A program made the position numbers and the translations under genes. A stretch of DNA of 64,000 nucleotides from Mytilus californianus (lineage: Eukaryota). Below are positions 28,301 to 38,817 of this stretch, in pieces (positions within the stretch are counted from its first letter, which is position 1; every line of letters starts with the position of its first letter). The notes under the pieces are model-generated. The model was not told where the DNA came from. It did no database searches and was given only the letters and a program-made list of their open reading frames with translations. The stretch is from positions 92,318,001 to 92,382,000 of the forward strand of contig NW_026262723.1 of assembly GCF_021869535.1 (NCBI RefSeq), read 5' to 3'.

Positions 28301-31300
28301 TCCCATAGGGTCCAATGTTAAACTAAGTCCCCTGCTGGCGGCCATCTTGGATTATGGATCAGCTTCATAGTGACAACACTTGGTCAGCACCTCATAAGAA
28401 ACATTCATGCCATGTTTGGTTTCATTCCATGCAGTGGTTCTCTAAAAGAAGACATTTGTATGTATTTCCCATAGGTCCCATGTTAAACTAAGTCCCCCGC
28501 TGGCGGCCATCTTGGATTATGGATCAGCTTCAAAGTAACAACACTCGGTCAGCACCTCATAAGGAACATTCATGCCATGTTTGGTTTCATTCCATTCAGT
28601 GGTTCTCTAAAAGAAGACATTTGTATGTATTTCCCATAGGGTCCAATGTTAAACTAAGTCCCCCGCTGGCAGCCATCTTGGATTATGGATCGGCTTCAAA
28701 GTAACAACACTCGGTCAGCACCTCATAAGAAACATTCATGTCATGTTTGGTTTCATTCCATTCAGTGGTTCTCTAAAAGAAGACATTTGTATGTATTTCC
28801 CATAGGGTCAAATGTTAAACTAAGTCCCCTGCTGGTGGCCATCTTGGATTATGGATCAGCTTCATAGTAACAACACTTGGTCAGCACCTCATAAGGAACA
28901 TTCATGCCATGTTTGGTTTCATTCCATTCAGTGGTTCTCTAAAAGAAGACATTTGTATGTATTTCCCATAGGGTCGTATGTTAAACTAAGTCCCCCGCTG
29001 GCGGCCATCTTGGATTATGGATCGGCTTCAAAGTAACAACACTCGGTCAGCACCTCATAAGAAACATTCATGCCATGTTTGGTTTCATTCCATTCAGTGG
29101 TTCTCTAAAAGAAGACATTTGTATGTATTTCCCATAGGGTCCAATGTTAAACTAAGTCCCCTGCTGGTGGCCATCTTGGATTATGGATCAGCTTCATAGT
29201 AACAACACTTGGTCAGCACCTCATAAGGAACATTCATGCCATGTTTGGTTTCATTCCATTCAGTGGTTCTCTAAAAGAAGACATTTGTATGTATTTCCCA
29301 TAGGGTCCCATGTTAAACTAAGTCCCCCGCTGGCGGCCATCTTGGATTATGGATCAGCTTCAAAGTAACAACACTCGGTCAGCACCTCATAAGGAACATT
29401 CATGCCATGTTTGGTTTCATTCCATTCAGTGGTTCTCTAAAAGAAGACATTTGTATGTATTTCCCATAGGGTCCTATGTTAAACTAAGTCTTCCGCTGGC
29501 GGCCATCTTGGATTATGGATCGGCTTCAAAGTAACAACACTCGGTCAGCACCTCATAAGAAACATTCATGCCATGTTTGGTTTCATTCTATTCAGTGGTT
29601 CTCTAAAAGAAGACATTTGTATGTATTTCCCATAGGGTCCTATGTTAAACTAAGTCCCCCGCTGGCGGCCATCTTGGATGATGGATCCGCTACAAAGTAA
29701 CAACACTTGGTCAGCACCTCATAAGGAACATTCATGCCATGTTTGGTTTCATTCCATTCAGTGGTTCTCTAGAAGAAGTTCAAAATGTAAAAAGTTTACG
29801 CCGACGACGGACGACGCCGGACGACGGACGACAAGTGATGAGAAAAGCTCACTTGGCCCTTCGGGCCAGGTGAGCTAAAAAGGAAAAAAATAAAATCCCC
29901 CTCCCCAAATTTTTTGGACCCCCTTATGATTCATCACCCCCAAACTCAATCCCAGCCTTCCCTTTGTGGTATGGTACCTTGCAGTACAATTTCAGAGAGA
30001 TCCATACGCTTAAACACAAGTTATTGTCTGGAAACTAGAAAAATGTGTTTTTTGGCCCCTTTTTGGCCCCAAATTCCTAAACTTTTAGGGCAATTACCCC
30101 CAAACTCAAACCCAGCTTTCCCTTTGTGATATGGAACCTTGTAGTACAATTCCAGAAAGATCCATACACTTACACACAACTTATTGTCATGAAACTAGAA
30201 AAATGCTTGTTTTTTGCCCCTTTTTTGGCCCCTAATTCCTAATATTTTGAGGCAATTACCCCCAAAATCAATCCCAGCATTCCTTTTGTGATATGGAACC
30301 TTGTGGTACAATGTCAGAGAGATCCATACACTAACACACAAGTTATGTCTGGAAGTTACAAAAATGCTTATTTTTGGCCCCTTTTTGGCCCCTAATTCCT
30401 TAACTGTTGGTACCAAAACCCCCAAAATCAATCCCAACCTTCCTTTTGTGGTATTGAACCTTATGGTAAAATCTCATAGAGATCCATTCACTTAAACTAA
30501 AGTTAGAGTGCGAAAACCAATGTGTCTTCGGACGACACCAGACGACGACGACGACAACAACGACGACGACGACGCCAACGTCATACCAATATACGACCGC
30601 AAAAATTTTTGCGGTCGTATAAAAATCAGTTTTTTAGGGCCAAAACTATGAGTTAGTGAACCAACTCCTTTCACAATTGCAATACCAGGAATATCACCCT
30701 TTGATTACTGTAGAGTGTGTTTTTTAATCAGAATAATGAATCTATTTTAACAATTTTAAAACATGAATGAAGTAATTATGGTTGTGTTTATTTGTAACAA
30801 ATAATCTTTCAGAAACCTTTGTCTACCTGTAGTGATGATGATGAAATTTAAGGTATTATCAATTTGATGTAAGGTCAAATGTTCTTCATGAGAGTTAAAA
30901 GAACACTTTATAAATCTCATGTTCTGAAGCACTTTTCTGGATTCACCTTCACAAGGAATGATAAAACTTCAAAATTTGTAAGTCATAGATGTACTATAAT
31001 CTCCAAGCCAGTCCAAGGGGCACCTGCACATAAAGTTATATGTCACTCTTTGAGAACTGGCTGTGGATATTTTTATTCAGATGTTGGGTTGCTATCTCAT
31101 TCATGTATAACCTACATCTTTTTTATCCATATGGACACTCAGCATATCCAATTAGTCTCTTTTGGGGATAAATTAGTCACATTTAACTTTATTTAGAAGT
31201 AAAATTAGTATTACATTTTTTAAAACAACAAATTTTAATAATTGGAGAATGTGTCCATGGGGCACAGATGATGCCCCCACTTGCATATAACGTTATGAAG

Positions 31301-34300
31301 GGGCATAAACCAAGAGGTTAAAGTGACGCCACCCAAATTCAAACTTGATCTGTGTTATGTGGTAATAATCATTGTGTATAAGTGTCATAACATTTGGTTG
31401 AGGCAAACTAAAGTTAGAGAAAGGAAACCAATTTTGGGACAATCATATGGACGTACAGAGGGACAAGGTTACACTTAATGCCCCTTCTGATGCGGCGGGG
31501 CATATAAATATGAAATATTGAAAGAACATTTTTCAGTATAAATGAGCTTGTATTTCTTTCGGTTTGTACACTGAAAATATAAAGACCTAAATAGAGAGAA
31601 TTATTATAATAAGTTTAAATTTGATACCTGTGATTCTAGACTTGTCTTGTTCTGACCATTCTTGTTGCTTTCTTGGGCTCTGTTTTACTTCTGTGTCAAA
31701 TAGCAACTGTGATAACTCCTAAAGATAGAAAGCATGTCTGAAGTGATCAAGCTTTTGGCAGTTGTCTATAAAATTTATTAAAACATTATGATGTACAAAT
31801 CTACTGCTATGCATTCAATAATTATGTTTGTAAGTTTTTCTTCATTTTCATGAGAGCAAGTTCAGTGGGCACATGCCCTAAAGATCTTTCTGTATTTCTG
31901 TTAATTGTAACAAAAGTTATTGAAATCTTTAATTCCATCTGAATTTCTTGCAAACACTATATTAACTTAACAAAATTTGCCCCCAATGCATATTATGATG
32001 TTGAAATATTAACTTTATGAATACTCATTTTTTTATAATTTCTTCGGGGTGAACATATTATAAACCAAAATCTTCAATAGAATCTCTTCTGTGTTCAACA
32101 TCCCTTGACAAACCCTTTTAGGTGAAAATATTTCGTTGCCCATTTCAGTCATTAAGCTTTTATTGTTTATTGTTATTTAAGGTTTTTTGTTTTTACCTTT
32201 TAAATTTGCTAGTTGCACTTTTTCTCATTTTTAGAAAATTTAATTCCTATAACAATTCCTAGTATGAACATTAATTTGGATGTAACTTACAGATAAAATT
32301 ACATGCTTAGTCGATCTAAAAGTTGTTACAGTCAGAAACAATATTTGGGACATATTACATTTCTGTGCCAATTATCCAACCAATGTTATACTTCCTTCTG
32401 GAGAGGTATCTATTTGATACATGTTACAGTACCTGATCTATCTGTCTAACACATGTTACAGTACAAGTGCTATCTGTCTAACACATGTTACAGTACCTGA
32501 GCTATCTGTAACACATGTTACAGTATCTGTGCTATCTGTCTAACACATGTTACAGTACCTGAGCTATCTGTCTAACACATGTTACAGTACCTGAGCTATC
32601 CGTCTAACACATGTTACAATACCTGAGCTATCTGTCTAACACATGTTATAGTACCTGTTCTATCTGTCTAACACATGTTACAGTACCTGAGCTATCTGTC
32701 TAACACATGTTACAATACCTGAGCTATCTGTCTAACACATGTTACAATACCTGAGCTATCTGTCTAACACATGTTATAGTACCTGAGCTATCTGTCTAAC
32801 ACATGTTACAGTACCTGTGCTATCTGTCTAACACATGTTACAGTACCTGTGCTATCTGTCTAATACATGTTACAGTACCTGTGCTATCTGTCTAACACAT
32901 GTTACAGTACCGGTGCTATATGTCTAACACATGTTGCAGTACCTGTACTATCTGTCTAACACATGTTACAAAACCTGTGCTACACGTCTTATCCATGTTA
33001 CAGTACCTGTGCTAACCTGTCTAACACATGTTACAAAACCTGTGCTATCTGTCTAATACATGGTACAGCATATGTCCTATATCTCTGATACATGTTACAG
33101 TACCTGTGCTATCTGTCTAACACATGTTACAGTACCTGTGCTATCTGTCTAACACATGTTACAGTACCTGTGCTATATGTCTAACACATGTTACACTACC
33201 TTTGCTATCTATCTAACACATGTTACAAAACCTGTGCTACATGTCTTATACATGTTATAGTACCTGTGCTATCTGTATACATGTTACAGTACCCGTGTTA
33301 TCTGTCTAACACATGTTACAGTACCTTTACTATCTATCTAACACATGTTACAGTACCTGTACTATCTATCTAACACATGTTGCAGTACCTGTGCTATCTG
33401 TCTAACACATGTCACAAAACCTTGCTACATGTCTGATACATGTTACTGTACCTGTGCTATCTGTCTAACACATGTTACAGTACCTGTGCTATCTGTCTAA
33501 CAGCTTTATTTGGTACATTGCCATGCAGTGGATCTTCTGGACCACTATATTCTGAAAATTCAAAATCATACAAGTCTTGATAGCATCTGTGCTATCTGTG
33601 GTTATTCTTAATAAACCAATGGTATGTAATCAAGTATGACTGCCAATATAATAGCAGGGTTTTCCATTCATTTTGGCCTAACAAGAACAATAATAATAAT
33701 TGTTGCGCGCAAAATAATTCAATAAGTAAAATATGCACCCATATTTTTTTTGCTGATAACGATTGAACGGTCAATTTGGCCGGCGGCCGGTTCTTAGGGT
33801 AAACACTGATAGTGTAAAACAACATAATTGCTATTATCAGGTTGAGTATTTCGGGCTTATTTAAAGTAATTACAAGCATTATTTGGTACATTAATGATTA
33901 TCATTCTTTATTTGTACTTGTGTTGTTGTTTTTTGGTTATCTATTATACTGATATTATAGAGGTAAGTTATTTTTCTGTATTGATGTTTATAATAAATTC
34001 TTGTTTTTACTCTTCTTCAGATGACAGCTGGACAAACAGTCACTATGATACATAGGGCATCTACATCCCTAAATCTTTAAAATCTCAATATAATCTTTTT
34101 TTTTACTTACTTGTAGCTTCTCTGATGCCATGAGAAGTCTTCATCAACCCAAGTCTGAATTCTGCTGGTCCATTCTCTACTATGTACTTTAGCAATTTCA
34201 GCACCTAAACATAAATAAACTATGTATCAAAGGATGTAGCCTCTAAAATGAAGTATATATTAACCAAAAATATATTTTATGTACATGATACATTATTATA

Positions 34301-36665
34301 TGGTTATTAACAATAAAATATAAATGGATAAGAGTAAATTTTTGTTATACTGCAAATTGCAGAACTAATATCGAAATTTTTATTAATGTGAAAATACGAA
34401 TGAGTGAGTATCACAATAGTAAGAACTCACAATCTGATACATATATCTATATGCTGCTTTACCTGAAATCGCAATAATTAATCTCATATTTTTTTCCATT
34501 CTTCAAAAATACCACAACAAATGCACTCAATAATTTCTGAAAATAAAGCATTAATTTAACATAGACTAAGACGAAAGGTTCTAAATTTTATTTTATATTG
34601 TATTGAATACTAGATTACTTCCCTTGATCTTACCTTAAATTTAACATGACAAGATTGTTTGTTAAGTCTGTCTACAAGAAACTCTAAAGTGCTCTCTCGG
34701 TAACCATCAGACTCAAATGTAATCTCTGTTTGTGATGTTAAAGAAAACAATGATAACAATGCTTGCAAAATTGATACATAAACTCATAATGACATACAGG
34801 AACAGTTACTTTTGTTTTTGCATTATTAGAAAAAAAATATTGGAATATTTTCTGTTATGATATGTCATGTATTATATGTAAACAGATGAAAGTAGTTCCC
34901 TTAATTGGAAAAATATGCCTGCCTTTGTTGATGCTGCTACTGTTAATACCTGAGGTTGCCATCGTCCCAACAACCAATGCTTTGTTACTGTTGTTATTAA
35001 TATGGTATATTTCAATTCTTTTTTTGTTGTTTATAAAATACTTAATTGCACTTAAAATAAGGTTGAAGGTTGCAGTTACAAAATGGTCATAGATGAATTT
35101 GGCTGCTCTGTGTTAATAAGTCCTTTTTAGGATGTGTAACTTGTAGCAAATATTTTGTAATTTGACCTCCAAAACTTTGACTTTACCTGATGAAGATTAT
35201 TCCATAAACATATACGTTATTATCTAAATATTGAGTAATTTAACATTAAAACCAAAATGTGTTTAATTCATAAATAAATAAATATAATATCTGCATTCAA
35301 TTACTTTTTCTTTACCTTAAAATGTCATAATTTTTTATAACAATATGTAGGATACTGTTGACTTCCTGATATAGATAACCTTGTATAGGGTTTGCATCAT
35401 CTGAGGTAGCTTTCATCAATATACTTATCTGAAAACAGTACTCAATTATTAAGTGTGGATATAAAGCATTTTATAAGGAAATGCTTATTACATAGTATAT
35501 GATTGATTGATTGATAAAATAAAGTTGAAGTTGAAGTTAGTACTTAACCATAAAAACCTATCCTATGACATACTTATTCATCAGGTTCCTTGAATCAGTC
35601 CTTGACATAAGGGCTTATCTCATCAACTTCATAAAATAAAATTTAAATGGTAAACAAAAAAGTACATGACATTCTAAGGCATAAATTGGCTAAAAAAGAT
35701 GCCAGATATAATTATCACATCTTTTTAAACTTTAACTTTTAAGTCATCCCCAAGGGTGACTGGGGAATAGAAATATGGTCACTCTTGGTCTTCTTCCCAT
35801 GGGCAGTAAATAGAAAGCAAGTTCTTTTAAAAATAGGTGTCATTTCAATAAAAAACATGCAAATTATCTTCATTTCTCCAAAATTTGTCTTAAAAATTCA
35901 TATGATGTTGCCAGATATCCATTTAAATGATGTAAAATAATCATAGAGAAATTAACATACTTTTGCTGATTCTGGAATTTATCTTACAAAAATGGAATTT
36001 TGTTTAAGTTTATTTTAAAAACACTTTTCACCATCTTTGGTTCATTTATATACAAATGTAAAGCTCTTTAAAGAATTCTATTCCATGATTTTTCAACTAT
36101 GTTCATGTTAAATCAAGCAGTGTTGCATGCAATTTTTTACCTGACAATTTGTGATATCAGCCATGTAGTGTTCACTGTGCTAATATTTTTTGACAAAGGT
36201 TTTGTTCTGTATTATCACATGATTATTACTTCTCAGAATAAAAAAAGGCAGATGTTTAAATTTATTTGTACAATAATGCCATTTTAATGTATTTTAAACT
36301 GTCACTTAATAGGTGGATAGGTTATTGACATAAACGATTTAAACACAAATAACAATGATTAAAATAAATAAAGGAACTAGATTTAATTCTGCAAATTGTA
36401 GACATTTGAAAAAAAAGTTTTAATTTTCAGACAACTTTGTCCCTATTCAAGGGGGGACGTGTGTACAGTGACTCATCAATTTCCTAGACCTACTCGACTA
36501 CTCCTATGTGCCAAAAATTACCTTCTCCTTCATAAGTCATACACAGATACGCCTGTGTCAAATACTTAGAAATGTACATGTATATCAATATATTTTACCT
36601 ATTTAACTAAATTAGTCTAAAATTAATAAAACAGGTACCTTATTAACAAATGAAACTTTGTCCAT
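19325..36665 (-). CDS. TEPSIN: AP-4 complex accessory subunit tepsin (ENTH + VHS/ENTH-like domains), 12 coding exons, 407 aa
   Basis: Coding exons (minus strand): 36665-36639, 35428-35356, 34725-34634, 34204-34111, 33551-33484, 31718-31628, 24984-24913, 24522-24340, 23513-23396, 22341-22152, 21177-21043, 19405-19325; all GT-AG, phases consistent, 1224 nt. MDKVSFVNKISILMKATSDDANPIQGYLYQEVNKITFESDGYRESTLEFLVDRL...KFKVLKLLKYIVENG...YSGPEDPLHGNVPNKAVRQIAQELSQLLFD matches the tepsin ENTH domain; also GSMQGFGN, GGGWDE and the second domain EEENLVEQ...LNCEKVIELLN...KSLLLIEYL...KANKILLCFEK. The terminal exon is the least certain. Confidence 0.92.
20200..21000. mobile_element. Degenerate TGACCTTGA-type tandem-core element, reverse orientation relative to 17765-18340
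   Basis: Repeated CACCAAATATAGTTGACCTATTGCTTATAG...ATGAAAAT.AGGTCAAGGTCAGA units. Confidence 0.55.
22775..23260. mobile_element. HINE-like element remnant
   Basis: GTGAGCATGCTCAC palindrome at the start, two GGTTT.AGAGGAGTTG.GATGACAAA units, GACG/GACA microsatellite near the end. Confidence 0.55.
25030..25410. mobile_element. End of a GCTCAC...GTGAGCT-terminated HINE-like element
   Basis: GGCCGCCATGTT...TTGGCCCAGTAGTTTCAGAGGAGAAG...(GAC)n...GCCAAGTGATG...AGCTCAC...GGTGAGCTAA, the same end type as 29880 and 41845. Confidence 0.6.
26029..30625 (+). mobile_element. Large non-autonomous Helentron-like element, copy A (tepsin intron 6), carrying a nested insertion
   Basis: Subterminal inverted repeat ATACGACCGCA (26057-26067) vs TGCGGTCGTAT (30610-30620); perfect 30-bp palindrome 30591-30620; (GAC)n microsatellite; internal 126-136-bp and ~34-bp TATTGCGCAATA repeats; near-identical to the reverse complement of 53176-56062. 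Strand is a label relative to copies B and C. Confidence 0.85.
27183..29880. mobile_element. Nested HINE-like element with ~15 x 166-bp tandem array
   Basis: GCTCACCTG near the start and CAGGTGAGC near the end are inverted repeats; terminal hairpin GGCCCTTCGGGCC; 166-bp period shown by repeated pseudo-ORFs at 27690, 27856, 28022, 28188 ... 29515; inserted in an A-run that is uninterrupted in copy B. Confidence 0.9.
31240..31510. mobile_element. HINE-like element, same family as 10510-10850
   Basis: GAATGTGTCCATGG..CACAGATGATGCCCCC...ACTTAATGCCCC...GGGGCAT. Confidence 0.65.
32417..33502. repeat. 32-bp minisatellite, ~34 copies, containing the 3' end and splice donor of tepsin exon 5
   Basis: Plus-strand unit GTACCTGTGCTATCTGTCTAACACATGTTACA; on the gene strand GTTAGACAGATAGCACAG|GTACTGTAACATGT. 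The uppermost copy (33484-33502) is coding sequence. Confidence 0.95.
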
Positions 36666-36892
36666 AATATTGGCACAGCTGTCACATTATAGAACTGAAG
36701 TGATGTGGAATATTTCATTTCTTCTCCATTTCCAAACAACATAAAGATCTGAAATAAGGTTTAATGAAATTATCTTTATAAATATTCCTGTCCCTATCAT
36801 TTGTGTTTCAAAAGAATATCATGTCAGCACTAAAATATATTTTGAACCCTTCAAATTTTTTTTTTCTATTTACAAAATTAAAATGATAATAA

Positions 36893-37330
36893 ATGGGGAA
36901 TGTGTCCATGGGACACAAATGATGCCTCCGCTTGCATATCATATAAAGTTATAAAGGGAGATAACTGAAGAACGGTAAAAGTGACGATACCCAAATTTGT
37001 ACTTGATCTGAGTTTTGTGGTAATAAGTATTGTGTATAAGTTTCATAACATTTGGTTGAGGCAAACTTAAATTAGAGGACGGAATAAAAAAATTCAGCAA
37101 TTTTTCCATTTGTAAAGGGCATAACTCTAGAACAGTAAAAGTGACACCACCAAAATTCAAACTTGATCTGTGTTTTGTGGTAATAAGCATTGTGTATAAG
37201 TTTCATAACATTTGGTTGAGGCAAACTAAAGTTAGAGAACGGAAACAAATTTTGGGACATACATATGTACGTACAGACGGACAAGGGTAAAACTTAATGC
37301 CCCCTCCGCTACGGCGGTGGTATAAAAACA
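36893..37330. mobile_element. HINE-like element with two ~150-bp units, same family as 31240-31510
   Basis: GAATGTGTCCATGGGACACA start, duplicated AAACTTGATCTG.GTTTTGTGGTAATAAG...GAGGCAAAC unit, GACG microsatellite, terminal hairpin CCCTCCGCTACGGCGGTGG. Confidence 0.7.
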
Positions 37331-37402
37331 GGTTTATTCATAAACATAATAGGAGAGTTCCGGGATAGTTGTTGCTTCAATGTGGATATTGAAAAAGTCG
37401 TA

Positions 37403-37411
37403 TCACGTGAC
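37403..37411. promoter_or_regulatory. E-box TCACGTGAC (CLEAR-like), candidate only
   Basis: ATCACGTGAC is a 9/10 match to GTCACGTGAC, ~0.7 kb upstream of the first tepsin coding exon; transcription start unknown. Confidence 0.2.
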
Positions 37412-37479
37412 ATTTTTCTATGCACATGCCTAGTTATTTTTACCAGGCGCGGATCCAGAGCTTAAAGCGGGGTGGTTTT

Positions 37480-37745
37480 TTGAGAAGCGTTTTTGAACAT
37501 TATAGAGGTTGCGGCAAGTCATGCCAGTAGCGAACAAAATGCAAAATTTGCAGTAAATCCCGTCCTGTGAAGTTGGATAGACAATCCATGGGAAATAGTG
37601 CAGCCACGCATATTTGAAACATCTTTTTAGCCCGTACATTTCTCGTTTTGGAAAAGGAAAAGAACTAGGTGGGTTTCAGTTTTCATTTAGGATGCTAAAG
37701 ATTTGAGCACTAGATACAGATGTGGAAATAGAGTTTGCAATATGC
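37480..37745 (-). pseudogene. hAT-type transposase N-terminal TTF zinc-finger remnant
   Basis: QIFSILNEN*NPPSSFPFPKREMYGLKRCFKYAWLHYFPWIVYPTSQDGIYCKFCILFA resembles the RxF...W...W..Y....D..xCxxC TTF-type zinc finger of ZMYM1/THAP12-like hAT transposases; in-frame TGA, no downstream transposase. Confidence 0.7.
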
Positions 37746-38729
37746 TTAGATTCAGCAGGTATCTGAATTTACCGATTAATTATAGAATTTGTTTTAATTG
37801 TAACAATAATACAATTGAAGATGATGAGAAACGTGTAATTTTTATGTGAAGTTGTAATTTTATGTAAATGTGTTGTAAGACTGAGGTGAGTATTAAATAA
37901 AATATTAAAATATAGGGATAGCAGTCTTGGATTGTCTTAATTAAATCCTTTGATTCTCTAATTATCCCCCCCCCCCCCCCCCCCCAGGCCATGTAATTAT
38001 GACATGTGAATATTTAACGGAGTATAGCGACATTGTGTCACCCTATTAATTAAGTGCTCACTAGATATTTAATTTATTATAGTAAAGATAACATTAAAAT
38101 AAGGAAATGATTTATAATACAAAAATTATTTTAAGATTTTCAAGCGCTAGTGTTTACTCAGGTGTATTAAGCAAATGTAATGATTTAAATAGATTTCCAC
38201 TTGAAATGTCGACCACACCGTAAGGTGACATCGCCAACATGTTGAGGTTTTCAAGCAGACGCTGTTGTATTGATCCAACACTGCATAAATTCATGATGCT
38301 ATCAGGTGACTTTTGTGTGTAAAAATAAAATTGGACACAGTAAAACAGACTTTCTTGGAACTGAAGTATATGTACTTTCATGTAATAAACTTTAATTTTC
38401 CAGGAAGAAAGAATTTTTAACTGTGCCCTTATACCTTGGGTTTTAACAAATATTTCAGTATTTATACCATGTATCTGATTACACCAAGTGTTTTTTATGG
38501 ATTACCAAAAAGGACCATTTAATCTCCTTCAAATTTGTATATAATCTGACCATAGGGATTGACAAAGGATTCTGAAGGCGGCCAAATCAGAATATATTTC
38601 AAGACACAAAATTATATGCATTATTATATGGCTAGTGGAGCAGGATCCGCTTAGCCATCCGGAGCACCTGAGATCACACCACATTTTGGTGGGACATGTG
38701 TAGCAACAGTCTTTGCCTGTGCAATTTTG

Positions 38730-38817
38730 TCACAGTCGCTTGTTTCTGTCAATGGGGGGTTTACTGTCCACAGGTGTGGATAGTAAACCCCCCGTTGACA
38801 TAAATAAGTGCCTGTGA
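38730..38817. repeat. Isolated long inverted repeat (~34-bp core arms, 2-nt loop)
   Basis: 38739-38772 pairs with 38775-38808 with 4 mismatches; TCACAG/CTGTGA extends the stem. Confidence 0.85.

Noticed and set aside
27690-29878. A dozen near-identical 60-66-aa ORFs as a tandem peptide gene family
   Set aside because: They are the 166-bp satellite unit read in rotating frames inside a mobile element; starts are mostly incidental and there is no gene structure.
29914-30674. ORFs shared with 53198-53957, 59928-60207 and 18427-18775
   Set aside because: Chance frames in the non-coding modules and GTC microsatellite of the Helentron-like element; no Rep/helicase motifs.
33188-33373. Cys/Tyr-rich 61-aa ORF
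   Set aside because: A reading of the 32-bp minisatellite on the strand opposite tepsin.
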